Shown here in pieces: positions 1 through 9,760 of a DNA stretch of 64,000 nucleotides. Position 1 is the first letter of the stretch, and each line of letters opens with the position of its first letter. The DNA lies in IMG/VR virus record IMGVR_UViG_3300014204_000015, positions 9,386-73,385 of that record; one strand, 5' to 3'. Under the pieces are notes generated by a model. It saw only the letters and a program-made list of their open reading frames with translations, was not told the origin of the DNA and did not search any database. The position numbers and the translations under genes are program-made. Source of the stretch: a virus. Its lineage: Duplodnaviria > Caudoviricetes.

Positions 1-1233
1 ATCTCCAGCTGTAACGTCCAGGATAGCCGCTTTCCGCTTAGTACCTTTTACAGTACCAAACCCCTTAACGGTACCCGTCATGGTCTTTCCTTGAGCCTGG
101 TCACCCTTCCCCTTCTGATCCGTGAAAACGGCAAACACAGAATCTCCCACCTTTGCCCGCTTCACTACCGCTTCCACTTGATCGGCTTTTAGCCCTTTAC
201 CGGAAGTGGATTGAATTGAAACCATTCCTCCCACGGTGGTTCCTACAGATACCCCTTCACCTAGTTCCTCGTCGATACTTGACTTAGGTCCTTTGGTTTT
301 CCCCGATTCTCCCCCGCCACCGAAGTCGCCACCCTTGTCGGGGCCCATTGCGCCGCCAGCTCCACCCCCACCTCCTCCCCAACGGCCGTTTGCGTCCCGG
401 GGCTGGGAGGGGCTGTAGTTCTCGGAGCCTTCTTCATCCTCTTCGTCGTCAGCGTCGTAGGGGTCCAGCAGCTGGTTCTTGGCTCCTTTAGTTGCAGTGA
501 ACTCGGCCTTGCGGGCTTCGGCTTCGGCGGAACCAACTGCGGCTCCCTTGATGCCTGGTTTCTTCTTCTTCTTGGACTTGGGCTTTCCGGTCTTGGGGTC
601 TACCTCATCATCTTTGCCAAACTTGCCGGCATCATCCCGCTCATATTCGTCGTCGGTTTCATAGGCCACGGCTTTGTTCTCCTCATTGAATACTCCACAG
701 CCGTCTCGGAGGGAGCAAGCCCCTACTTGATCGGGGAGCACCGCTAGATGGTCAGGGCGATAGTTTCGGGCGATGGCACGGTAAGGAATCTGCTTTCCCT
801 CGGGGCCCTCGAATACGGCATTCTCGGGGGCTCTCTGGTTCGTGGTTCCTAGTCCCGTGCTGAGTTCAATCTGTTCACCCTTTTCTAAGCGGCTGTAGAC
901 TCGGGGGTCAACTTCGCGGGTACGGGCCTCATCAAACCAGAGTTCAGCCCGTAGACGGTCGGAGTAGGTCGTATTCAGAACAACGCCAACCCCTTGACTA
1001 TTGAGAGTCTCAATGTCTCGGCCCTTCCCCTTCTTGGGATGGTATACGAGAATCGGCATGTTGTTCCAGTCGTAAGGATTGGCCTTCAGCTCTTCTGGAG
1101 GGTAGAGGAGGGGGCCGTTGGAACCGTTCAACACCCCCGGAACGATGAGAGTAGCTGAAGCAACTAGGTGGGGGCGTCCATAGAGGGAGTCTCTGCGGAC
1201 TCCACCGGACAGATTGGCTACAAGTCGTTCCAT
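1..1233 (-). CDS. DUF2213-like head maturation protease/scaffold protein, 3' end runs off the window edge
   Basis: Not in the ORF track (no stop in the window). Read manually from ATG at 1233: MERLVANLSGGVRRDSLYGRPHLVASATLIVPGVLNGSNG...ELSTG...ARNYRPDHLAVLPDQVGACSLRDGCGV, motifs typical of DUF2213 head proteins; frame open to base 1; lies downstream of portal and MuF. Confidence 0.75.
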   Translation of the reverse strand, partial: MERLVANLSGGVRRDSLYGRPHLVASATLIVPGVLNGSNGPLLYPPEELKANPYDWNNMPILVYHPKKGKGRDIETLNSQGVGVVLNTTYSDRLRAELWFDEARTREVDPRVYSRLEKGEQIELSTGLGTTNQRAPENAVFEGPEGKQIPYRAIARNYRPDHLAVLPDQVGACSLRDGCGVFNEENKAVAYETDDEYERDDAGKFGKDDEVDPKTGKPKSKKKKKPGIKGAAVGSAEAEARKAEFTATKGAKNQLLDPYDADDEEDEEGSENYSPSQPRDANGRWGGGGGGAGGAMGPDKGGDFGGGGESGKTKGPKSSIDEELGEGVSVGTTVGGMVSIQSTSGKGLKADQVEAVVKRAKVGDSVFAVFTDQKGKGDQAQGKTMTGTVKGFGTVKGTKRKAAILDVTAGD

Positions 1234-1336
1234 AGAAAATCCCTCAAGGGGTCAGAGGCTAGCTACGTAAAATCTAGCCTAGCACAACCCCAGGAGGGAT
1301 ATAGTTTACAAAAGTCGAAGTGGTTAAACTTCCCGG

Positions 1337-1585
1337 TTAGTCCCCCGAATCCAGCAGTCTCACGTGCCGGTAGGCTACCCGCCGATTGACTAGGGTACAG
1401 ACGATGTCGTGGCCGTTGGGACGTAACCTATCGCGGAGGTCCACTAGATTTTTGTTCAGTCGCCGTATCAGAAGGTCCTTTCCCGCGTAGGGGTCTTCCA
1501 AAGTGGTTAACAATTCTGACCTTAAATGGTTCTTGCCGTCGGCCAAAAGGTCCAGCACCACAGTTTGCCAGGGTGTAAATCGCAT
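1337..1585 (-). CDS. Small hypothetical protein, possible winged-helix DNA-binding protein
   Basis: 82 aa ORF; RBS-like AAGGAGCGAA upstream; ATG abuts the stop of the upstream gene. Confidence 0.6.
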   Translation of the reverse strand: MRFTPWQTVVLDLLADGKNHLRSELLTTLEDPYAGKDLLIRRLNKNLVDLRDRLRPNGHDIVCTLVNRRVAYRHVRLLDSGD

Positions 1586-1926
1586 TATATCTTTCGCTCC
1601 TTTTCGATGAAGTATTCAAACTCCCTTTGGTTACGCCTTTCCTTTAAGTACTCCTCCCAATTAGCGATAGCCAACGGAGGGTCCCAACCCGGTAGATGAC
1701 TCTCCTCAATCGACGTTACGTAAGCCACCATCTTACCGTTTTGGTAGTAGGCTCGGCCTTGTGGGAGGTTACTTAGCTGGTCGTAACGTACCCGATGAGC
1801 ATGCTGTTGTCCCTCGGGAAATAGCTCAATCCAGAAGAGTTTACCGTCCAGCTCCTCTACGTGAGCTACGACTGTCGCTGGTAAGTCTGGAGTTTCTACG
1901 GTCACATAGGGCTTTAGCTCTATCAT
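1585..1926 (-). CDS. Hypothetical protein immediately downstream of MuF (candidate immunity/partner protein)
   Basis: 113 aa; ATGA overlap with the MuF stop codon. Confidence 0.65.
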   Translation of the reverse strand: MIELKPYVTVETPDLPATVVAHVEELDGKLFWIELFPEGQQHAHRVRYDQLSNLPQGRAYYQNGKMVAYVTSIEESHLPGWDPPLAIANWEEYLKERRNQREFEYFIEKERKI

Positions 1927-4900
1927 GATTTCGGATTCCCTACAATTACGATATCCTCAACTGGTCGGCCGTCGTTGAGATGGGTTATCTTGTTCTTGTG
2001 AAACGCCTTAATAACTCTCTGTCGTTGATCCTCAGTCTGGGCTTTGATAAAGTCCAAGTCATCGAGCAGGGAGATACAATTCTTCAAGTCAGTTTCGTTA
2101 TCGCCGTGCTTAGCGTTGGCCTTGAAGCCTTCTGGGTCTGACTTACGTTCATGTAGGGCCGAGATTCGCCCATAACGGTCCCCAGGGTACGATACAGCGT
2201 CTTGGCGGGCTAACGTCCCAATCTTGAAGTTCAACTCTCCAGATACCTCAGTACGCTTATTGATTCTCGTGAAGCAGTAAGAGGCTCCCCCAGATTCCAT
2301 ATCTGGACCAGGACTCATACCCTCTCGGCCTATTTTTACCCCTTTGCGTATGCGCTGGGTGGTACAGGTAAACTCTCCACCAGACTGTAGCATTGCATCT
2401 AGAACCTCATCCACGGGCCCGTAGGTACTATGGGAGAGGACGTAGCCCTTCATCTTCTTCTCCATTTCCTTCGGTGGTAGGTCCCAGCGATACCAGTAGC
2501 GGTGACCATCCCCGTAACCCGTCATCGTCACGCCTTTGGGGTTGTAAACGTCGGGCTTTAGGCTACGCACGTCGATGTTGTAGTTGGTTTTAACCCAATC
2601 CTTAATTTGCTCCACCTTCTCGGCTGTTGGTAGCTCTGAGGCAAATACCTCCTTGTAGCTAAGTAGCTCGTGATCTTTGCGGAGATAGACAGAGCGATGC
2701 AAATACATTAGCTCTTCATAGGCTTCGTCAGGCGTGGTGTCTACCCCCATCGTTTCTAAGTGGTTGTAGGCTCTCTGGAGTTGCTCGGTCGTAGCTTCTC
2801 CCTTGATGACCATATCCAACTTCCCTTGAATCGCTAGGGCGTCTTGCTCAACAAACGTACTAGAGCGGGGAATGAAGGAGACAGCTAGATCATCGTCAAA
2901 GTCTACTGTGACCATTTCACCCCGCGTGAGGGTCTGGTATTCTCCCTTGCTAATCGCTCGGCCATTCTCGAATCGACAAACGCGCATGTTCTCCTTCTCT
3001 GTCCGGTATGCTAGGTTCGCCTTGCGGGCCTTCGGGGCTTTAGGTACGTATTGAGCAATCATTGGGGCAGTGGTTCCGGCTTCCTTGGCTTTTAGAATCT
3101 TGTCGATAGATTCCAAGTAGTATTTTTGCTGAGCCAAGGCAGCGGTCACTACCTCATCAGGTGGTAGCTTCTCAAGCGTAGCGATACCCGCTTGGAGATT
3201 CTCCTGAGTCTGAGTTAGCTTGGCGAGGGTTGAGGCGTTGTAGGCCTTGTCGCTTGCGTGGTAAGATACCGTCTTCGCTCCCGCCTGAATCGAGTCAAAG
3301 TAGGGGTCACTTACAGCCGTCGGTGATTTGACGACTACGCCTTGATTACGTAACCAACCTTGAACCGTCTGGCTGCCCTTCTCAGTTAGCTTGAGCTGTA
3401 CCCGCGTGACTGGAGTACCCTCTTCATCCATCTCCTGCCAAATCATAATGTTGTTATCCTCAATCAGGTCCTTATCACCCTGGAGGGTAACGCCATTGAT
3501 TCGGCTATTAACTACCCGCTTGGCAGTGTCTTCGGTGATGCCTGGTTCGGCTAGTCGGGCTTTGATGCGCTTATCCAAACCGCCTACGGTTGTGGGCTTC
3601 GTTTTGAGTTGGGATTCTAGGTACTTGATACGGCCTTGGACTAGGGTTCTGAGGTCGTCATCCTCAATCGCGTTCAAGATGTTAGCCCGGTTCGCTACGA
3701 TCTGCCTGATTTGCTTATCGATCCGCTCCCCGCTTAGGCCTTTGAATATCTCGGCCGTATTGGGATTGATCGAAGCATCCCGTAGGCTCTTTAGCTCTTC
3801 AACCGTAGTGTTCCAGTTGCGCTTCAGAGTACCTTGAGCCCGATAGAGTAGGGCCCCGCCGTTATCAATACGGTAGGCCTTACCCCCAACCACCATGATA
3901 TTATCCATATTCAAGCCGGCAACGTCCCAGTTCCCCAATAGGGCGTCGGTCACGAAACCGTCTTGGATCTGGGTATACATGGCCTTGACTTCGGCTTCGG
4001 TAGCCTTCTTAGACCATTCGGCTAGGGTCTTACCCTCCAGGAACTCGGACACCTTGAGTGGACCGCCTTCGTTCTCAATGATCCCAGAGTTGGGGACGTT
4101 AATGCCCTGCTTTCTGTAGAGCTGATCGGCTAGGGCTTCGGAGCGTAGGTGATCGGGCTTGATTCCTACTTCGGTGGACTTGACAACCCAGAGTTTCCCG
4201 TCGGGGTCCTCCATCAGAACCGGATGCGTTGAGCCGGGCAAGTCTCGCACCTTTGTTAACGTCGCAACATCCGGTAGGCCTCCTGGAGAAGAGGTAGGGG
4301 GAAGGGCCGTAGCAATCTCAGGACTGCCTAGCTTCGCTTTCTTGGCAATGCTGGCTGCCTTACCTCCCTTACCCCCCACCTTCTTGTAACCCGCTGCAAT
4401 TGCTTCGTCAAACTTAGGGTTGCGGAATCCCTGCTTCAGGTTCTCCAGTTCCTTAAAGGCTGCTTCTACAATCTTGAGATCACGGGCCTTACCAATCTTG
4501 CTCGTGGACTGACTAATGAGTTCTATCGCCTCTTCCTTCGTAGCCCACCGTAAGGCGTGTGTTTCCTCATCCATGAGGTTTAGGTCCTGACCCGTACTTC
4601 GCATCACGTACATACCAAGGTCGGAGGTTTCACCCTCGAAGGTTCCATCCAATGCGCTGATGATCTGACCCTTGTGCCCTGTCTCTTCGGCTACCTCCTT
4701 GAGGGCGGTCTTCATTGCTGACATGCCCTTCTCGGGGGTACCCTTCGGGAAGGTCCAAGCGTAGCCTCCAAAATGGTTGGTCGGCTCTCGGAGGAGTATC
4801 CGCCCGTAGTTGTCGAAGATCACGCCGCCATAGCTCATGTCTGCGGAGGTCCAGCCGATAGTCTCCATATCCATCTGGGCTACGGCTATGTGGCTCTTCT

Positions 4901-6551
4901 TCAGCCCGTCGAGGGTATTGCCGAGGGCCTGGGCTTCGGCTTCCGAGATCAAAACCGGGGGTTTAGGTAAGACCGGGGGCGGGAGAGGGGCCGGAATAGG
5001 CTGCGTAGGCAACGGAGGTGCCGAAATAGGTGGGGGTACGGGCTCGGGAGGCTTAGGACTCACGGGAGGGGGCCCGGGCTTTAGCGGGCCCGTTTCGGCC
5101 TTCTTTAGCCCCTTGCTTCCCGCTTCCCCGACGTTCGCGGGTAGGAAGGCGCAGCGGCAATTCGGATGTCGCGGTATCTGGCCGTGGGCCTCCTTAATTG
5201 AGAATATCTTACCGTCCAAGTCTCGGCACTTGGGGCACACCCGTAGGTCGCCCGCCGTAGACCATTCGACCATTACTCCAACCTGGTCAACCCCTAGCTT
5301 TTCGAGGGCGTCCAATTGCCCCTCTGCGTGTGCACGTACACACTCTGTGCGAGCTATCAGCAAGGAGCGGTTCTTGCCTAGGCCTTCGACCGTCTTGTTG
5401 AGCTCTCGGGCAATCTCGAAAGGGTTCTGACCTTGGGCTAGGCCGTCGGTGAGTACCCGATTCATCTGCGTCGCCATTGCCTCGGTGACGCCCTTGAGCT
5501 CAGTGAAGACTCGGCCCGCCATGAGCTTGACCTTGTCCACGCTCTCGGGCTGACCAAATGCTCGCTGTAGGAACTCCTCCTTGGAGCCCTGGTAGAAGTC
5601 CAGCTTCTTGTTCGCCCCCGCGAGAGCCCTACGCTGCTTGTAAACGTCGTCGAAGGCTCGGCCTGCTCCCTTGTCGTAGGCGTCGGCTACGTACTTTTCC
5701 CAATAGGGGTCCTTCTCGGAGGCTATCAGCTCCCCCATCTTGCCCTTGAGCCAAGTCATGAAGACCGCTATCTGCTCGGGCTTCGTAGTGAACTGGAACT
5801 TGGCGTTTAGAGGGTGTTGTGTATGTGTTATAATTGGATCATTCGGATCAAATGTACCTCGATTACCAGTTGCTGATTTGAGCTGCGTTCCCTTCAGAAC
5901 AACGTACTCGGTTGCTCCAGACTTTGGCATGCGGTAAATAACGCCATCGTACCCAAGAGATTCCAACTTATCAGTTATGTCCCAAGAACTCTCATCACCC
6001 CTAAGGCCTAGAGCACTAACTATGGCTTGTCGCTTCGGTATCGCGTCATCATTATCTAGGATGAGTGGTTTTTGAATACTAGCGTAGACAGGATAGACTC
6101 GGCTGGCTGTTCCGCCGTGCATAGCGTACCAGTCAGCGGTACTAGGCTTATCAGTGAGATATACCCCAACGCCAAAAAACCCACTATCTGTAGATGCCCC
6201 AGTCCTACCCGGCTCAAACGCGTCAAATTCGGATGCTGCTGTACCGTGGTATATGACCTTGGGATTACCTTCCTCATCTATAACCTTAGAGTCACCGAAC
6301 CACTGTGCAAACTCGGGCGAGTATGCGGGAGCCCCACCACCTGAACCCCACCTACCGCGAGCATCCCTAGGTTGAGAAGGGTTGTAGTTGTTAACCCCTA
6401 GAGCATCCTCATAGCCGATGACCGCCGTGATCTCGGCCTTGAGTAGATTGATCCTCTTGGTAGCCTGAGCCTCGAATGCCCTACGGATCATCTTGGTGCG
6501 GCTAGGATCGGGGTTTGGGGCGGTATTGAGAATGGGGAGCGTTCTAATCAT
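1923..6551 (-). CDS. MuF (SPP1 gp7-like) head morphogenesis protein fused to polyvalent ADP-ribosyltransferase-like, Nudix and PI3/4-kinase/HipA-like domains
   Basis: MuF motif IARTECVRAHAEG...EWSTAGDLRVCPKC...IPRHPNCRC; ART-PolyVal-like FAQWFGDSKVIDEEGNPKVIYHGT...GVYLT; Nudix box FPKGTPEKGMSAMKTALKEVAEETG; kinase-like LWVVK...EALADQLY...DALLGNWDVAG...DNI...IDNGG. Confidence 0.85.
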   Translation of the reverse strand: MIRTLPILNTAPNPDPSRTKMIRRAFEAQATKRINLLKAEITAVIGYEDALGVNNYNPSQPRDARGRWGSGGGAPAYSPEFAQWFGDSKVIDEEGNPKVIYHGTAASEFDAFEPGRTGASTDSGFFGVGVYLTDKPSTADWYAMHGGTASRVYPVYASIQKPLILDNDDAIPKRQAIVSALGLRGDESSWDITDKLESLGYDGVIYRMPKSGATEYVVLKGTQLKSATGNRGTFDPNDPIITHTQHPLNAKFQFTTKPEQIAVFMTWLKGKMGELIASEKDPYWEKYVADAYDKGAGRAFDDVYKQRRALAGANKKLDFYQGSKEEFLQRAFGQPESVDKVKLMAGRVFTELKGVTEAMATQMNRVLTDGLAQGQNPFEIARELNKTVEGLGKNRSLLIARTECVRAHAEGQLDALEKLGVDQVGVMVEWSTAGDLRVCPKCRDLDGKIFSIKEAHGQIPRHPNCRCAFLPANVGEAGSKGLKKAETGPLKPGPPPVSPKPPEPVPPPISAPPLPTQPIPAPLPPPVLPKPPVLISEAEAQALGNTLDGLKKSHIAVAQMDMETIGWTSADMSYGGVIFDNYGRILLREPTNHFGGYAWTFPKGTPEKGMSAMKTALKEVAEETGHKGQIISALDGTFEGETSDLGMYVMRSTGQDLNLMDEETHALRWATKEEAIELISQSTSKIGKARDLKIVEAAFKELENLKQGFRNPKFDEAIAAGYKKVGGKGGKAASIAKKAKLGSPEIATALPPTSSPGGLPDVATLTKVRDLPGSTHPVLMEDPDGKLWVVKSTEVGIKPDHLRSEALADQLYRKQGINVPNSGIIENEGGPLKVSEFLEGKTLAEWSKKATEAEVKAMYTQIQDGFVTDALLGNWDVAGLNMDNIMVVGGKAYRIDNGGALLYRAQGTLKRNWNTTVEELKSLRDASINPNTAEIFKGLSGERIDKQIRQIVANRANILNAIEDDDLRTLVQGRIKYLESQLKTKPTTVGGLDKRIKARLAEPGITEDTAKRVVNSRINGVTLQGDKDLIEDNNIMIWQEMDEEGTPVTRVQLKLTEKGSQTVQGWLRNQGVVVKSPTAVSDPYFDSIQAGAKTVSYHASDKAYNASTLAKLTQTQENLQAGIATLEKLPPDEVVTAALAQQKYYLESIDKILKAKEAGTTAPMIAQYVPKAPKARKANLAYRTEKENMRVCRFENGRAISKGEYQTLTRGEMVTVDFDDDLAVSFIPRSSTFVEQDALAIQGKLDMVIKGEATTEQLQRAYNHLETMGVDTTPDEAYEELMYLHRSVYLRKDHELLSYKEVFASELPTAEKVEQIKDWVKTNYNIDVRSLKPDVYNPKGVTMTGYGDGHRYWYRWDLPPKEMEKKMKGYVLSHSTYGPVDEVLDAMLQSGGEFTCTTQRIRKGVKIGREGMSPGPDMESGGASYCFTRINKRTEVSGELNFKIGTLARQDAVSYPGDRYGRISALHERKSDPEGFKANAKHGDNETDLKNCISLLDDLDFIKAQTEDQRQRVIKAFHKNKITHLNDGRPVEDIVIVGNPKS

Positions 6552-6865
6552 TCTACATCCTCTCGGGAATCTTCGTAGGCTGGCAGCTTGGCAATGTTAG
6601 CCCGTCGAATAGCTGCCGCACGCTCTTTGATTTCTTCGGGCGTAGGGTCTGGTTCTACAAGAGCCCTACTGGTAGCATTGGTTTTGGTATCGACTCCTTG
6701 CCGCCGTAGGAATCTTCCTACCTCTGCTGCGTCGAGTTGAAATCGTTTGGCAATCTCGCCGATGAGAAAGCCTTGTTCGTACTGGTCCATTATCGTCCGC
6801 CGTAGCGAGTCAGGCCAGGTAGTTAAATCATGTGGTCTGACTCGCTCAATAACCAATTGATCCAC
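6548..6865 (-). CDS. Hypothetical protein with HTH-like segment
   Basis: 105 aa; YEQGFLIGEIAKRFQLDAAEVGRFLRRQG resembles an HTH; overlaps the MuF start. Confidence 0.55.
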   Translation of the reverse strand: MDQLVIERVRPHDLTTWPDSLRRTIMDQYEQGFLIGEIAKRFQLDAAEVGRFLRRQGVDTKTNATSRALVEPDPTPEEIKERAAAIRRANIAKLPAYEDSREDVE

Positions 6866-6866
6866 G

Positions 6867-8621
6867 TCACTCCTCCTTTGGTGGGAATGGGGGCTTCTTA
6901 CCGGCTGGGGGTTGAACTAGCTTCTCGCCTTCCTTCATCTTAATCGGCATCGGAGGAGGTTCTTCCAGGGCCTTCTCTTCACCTTCAATCTTCGTTTCCA
7001 ACCGGGCTTCCAAGAGGCCCTCTTCATCCAGGACCTTCTTGATGGAAGTAGCTTCATCCTGGGTAAACCCTAGGATCATCGTGAGGTAGTTCATAATGGG
7101 AATCACCTGAATGCCGTCTCCAGCAATGTAGGCTACGATAGCCTGCGTCAACTGAAGGGCTACGGCAGCCTGTTGAACCTTATCCAAGCCGTCGGCAGTA
7201 GGCCACGATACCCCGTAACCCTTCGGCTTCTTTGCCTTCGGGCCCGTAGGCTTCTCGGGGATAGGTTGGGGCTTTGCTCCCTCCATTCCCGCTTCCACGG
7301 GCGAACCTTCCTGGAGGGAAGTACCGCCGCCTTGAGGCACTGGCAAAAACCCTAATGATATCATGCGATTGAATGTGGGGATGATTAGCCTTGGGGTGAC
7401 TCGGCCGTTCCTACGTCCTTCGATGACCTTGGTCCATTCCCCAGAGTCTTGGGCCGAAGACAATTCACCCCGCTCTGAGCCCATGAAGATACGCTTAGGA
7501 CAGTCGAGAGCAATACAAATTGCCTCGATCTGCGTATTGATATGTGCTGTCGGATCGGCTACGGCCGGGGCTAGGCTCTTGGCCGCCATCCCAGAGGTAA
7601 CCAAGAACCTTTGGAGGCCATTCATGTAGTATTCGATCTGAGTCTTCATCGAAGAAGAGTCAATCTCGACGTCACCACCTAGCTGAGGATGTGTCTCGAA
7701 GGATAGGCCGGGTAAGGCTCCCTGCCAGAACATCTCAGCACTACCGCCGTAGGTCTTATCCAAGTCCAATAGCCGGTTAAGTACTGGACGCATTCTTGGA
7801 ATGTGGAAGATTTCGGAGCTGGTGAGATCATCTGTAATGTGAATCACTCTGGACCAATGAACCCTTATGCTTTCACTGCGTGGCCGAATGGTTGTATCCG
7901 CCGATATCTGAAGCCTACTCGTATCATCGAAGTCCAGGTTGTAGTAGGTCGGCATCCCATATCTTGGGCTAGTGATGTCGTCGTCAAATTCCAAGATTTG
8001 GGCTAGGCTCTCGGGGAAGGTCCTGAGGTAGATGAGTTCCCGGAGGGTCTCAGCGTTCTGAACCGTGTCTTTCTTGTTTCTGAATTCCAGGGGCTTGGAT
8101 AGGTCCTTACCTTCATCCCCCCCTACCCCGAAGAGAGTCACCCCGTAGTGGCCAATCCCACTAACAATATCGGAACGGGCTAGAATCTCCCAGAGAGGGT
8201 TACCCTGATCTCCCTCATACCAGTTATCACCCCGTAGCTTGTCCCCCAATTCACGCACTGCTGCCTCAAAGGGAGTCTCAACGTCGGGGTTCTCATCCTC
8301 AAAGACGCTCGGCTGCTCTCTCCAGCAATGGCGGGGGAGTAGCTCCACGACCTTCTTGGCTATTGGATTCCGGTTGTACTGGTCTTCGTACAGATCCAGG
8401 GTAATCCGCTCGGTGGTAGGATAGCCACATTCGTCGTTCAAGTCTCTGCGCGGGTCTGCTTGATCGTCTCGGGCCCCTAGCCGACTGTAGCGGGTAGTGT
8501 AGTTCTCGACGTTAGCCCCTAGTGTAGGGCCTCTGCGGCGTGGTTGGTTGATAATCCTCTCGACTCGGTTGAGGAGGCGATTGAACTGGTTCATGGTAAA
8601 GATATCCGGTGCACTACTCAT
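6867..8621 (-). CDS. Portal protein (DUF1073-like)
   Basis: 584 aa; YNRNPIAKKVVELLP, GIGHYG, YGMPTYY, VHWSRVIH, CPKRIFMGSERGELSS; sits between terminase and MuF. Confidence 0.85.
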   Translation of the reverse strand: MSSAPDIFTMNQFNRLLNRVERIINQPRRRGPTLGANVENYTTRYSRLGARDDQADPRRDLNDECGYPTTERITLDLYEDQYNRNPIAKKVVELLPRHCWREQPSVFEDENPDVETPFEAAVRELGDKLRGDNWYEGDQGNPLWEILARSDIVSGIGHYGVTLFGVGGDEGKDLSKPLEFRNKKDTVQNAETLRELIYLRTFPESLAQILEFDDDITSPRYGMPTYYNLDFDDTSRLQISADTTIRPRSESIRVHWSRVIHITDDLTSSEIFHIPRMRPVLNRLLDLDKTYGGSAEMFWQGALPGLSFETHPQLGGDVEIDSSSMKTQIEYYMNGLQRFLVTSGMAAKSLAPAVADPTAHINTQIEAICIALDCPKRIFMGSERGELSSAQDSGEWTKVIEGRRNGRVTPRLIIPTFNRMISLGFLPVPQGGGTSLQEGSPVEAGMEGAKPQPIPEKPTGPKAKKPKGYGVSWPTADGLDKVQQAAVALQLTQAIVAYIAGDGIQVIPIMNYLTMILGFTQDEATSIKKVLDEEGLLEARLETKIEGEEKALEEPPPMPIKMKEGEKLVQPPAGKKPPFPPKEE

Positions 8622-9264
8622 GATCTAACTCCTTCATTATTCGGGATTGGGCTATCTCATAATATTCTCGGCTACGCTCCATCCCCACAAACCGCCTACC
8701 TAATCGCACTGCCGCAATCCCCGTCGAACCGCTTCCCATGTAGGGGTCGCAAACTAAATCCCCTGGTTTAGTATACTGGTTAATCAATATCTCCATTAGA
8801 GCCACTGGCTTCTGTGTGGGGTGTACCCGCCGTTCTCTTTGTTCTGACTCTTTAAGGCACCCCATCCACCTATGGGGTATCAATCGAGCAGCACCACCTA
8901 CGTTAGTCCATATCAATTCGCAGTCGGATTGATCGTTGAATCCCCACTCTCGCTTGCTTGTTAGTCCATTCAGTTTATCCCAGACTACCCAACCCCCAGA
9001 GACAGGTAGCCTAGGGGCAAAATAATTAGCTCCAAACAAGACCACTACGGGGTAGCCTAACAAGTGAGTAGGGTCAAACGGCTCTTGGTCTCCGATGATC
9101 AGAGGGTAATTATTACCTAGAGCCCCATTCCAATGAGGGCCTCTACCACTAGCCCTATAACTGGTATTGACTTTGATACCGTAAGGTGGGTCGCTGATGA
9201 TAGCCTTGATTCCCTTGATATGGGGTAATACCAGCTTACAATCACCACGGTAGAGTTTATACAT
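8614..9264 (-). CDS. DNA N6-adenine/N4-cytosine methyltransferase
   Basis: Catalytic DPPY, HPTQKPVALM, SAM-binding DPYMGSGSTG. Confidence 0.9.
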   Translation of the reverse strand: MYKLYRGDCKLVLPHIKGIKAIISDPPYGIKVNTSYRASGRGPHWNGALGNNYPLIIGDQEPFDPTHLLGYPVVVLFGANYFAPRLPVSGGWVVWDKLNGLTSKREWGFNDQSDCELIWTNVGGAARLIPHRWMGCLKESEQRERRVHPTQKPVALMEILINQYTKPGDLVCDPYMGSGSTGIAAVRLGRRFVGMERSREYYEIAQSRIMKELDHE

Positions 9265-9760
9265 TGGACAGACTCGCTAGTTTTCGATCACACTCCAAGA
9301 CCCTTGCTTGGAGGCCTTCCAGTCGTCGCCGCATACCTCGCAGATTCAGTTCCGCCGATTCCATTCTTAGCTTGTTATCCGTGTCCCTGTATCGCACCTT
9401 CTCGAAGAGGGGCAAAGACCTTTGAAGACCCCATTCCTCCAATGCTTGTATATGGACCTTTAGGCCTTCGGCTTCCTTCCAGTCCCGTAGCCTACGCTCT
9501 GTCCAATACTGGATCTTGAGCTGCGTGAGTTTCTTCTCATCCTCGGGGGGCGGTATCTCGGGGCCTTGATAGCTCGTTGTTGCATATCGCCAGCCGTCGG
9601 GGAAGAGCACGCGGGTATAGGCGGGGAACTTCGCGTCAACGTCCTCTAGTTCCACTGGAATCGGTTCTCCGTGGACCTTACAGAAGTTGTCGTAGTAGGC
9701 CTTCCAATCCAATACTGCTCGGTTGAGTTCAACCTCTACCAATTCACTACCGGGTATCAT
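9257..9760 (-). CDS. Hypothetical protein
   Basis: 167 aa ORF overlapping both neighbours in the operon. Confidence 0.6.
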   Translation of the reverse strand: MIPGSELVEVELNRAVLDWKAYYDNFCKVHGEPIPVELEDVDAKFPAYTRVLFPDGWRYATTSYQGPEIPPPEDEKKLTQLKIQYWTERRLRDWKEAEGLKVHIQALEEWGLQRSLPLFEKVRYRDTDNKLRMESAELNLRGMRRRLEGLQARVLECDRKLASLSNV

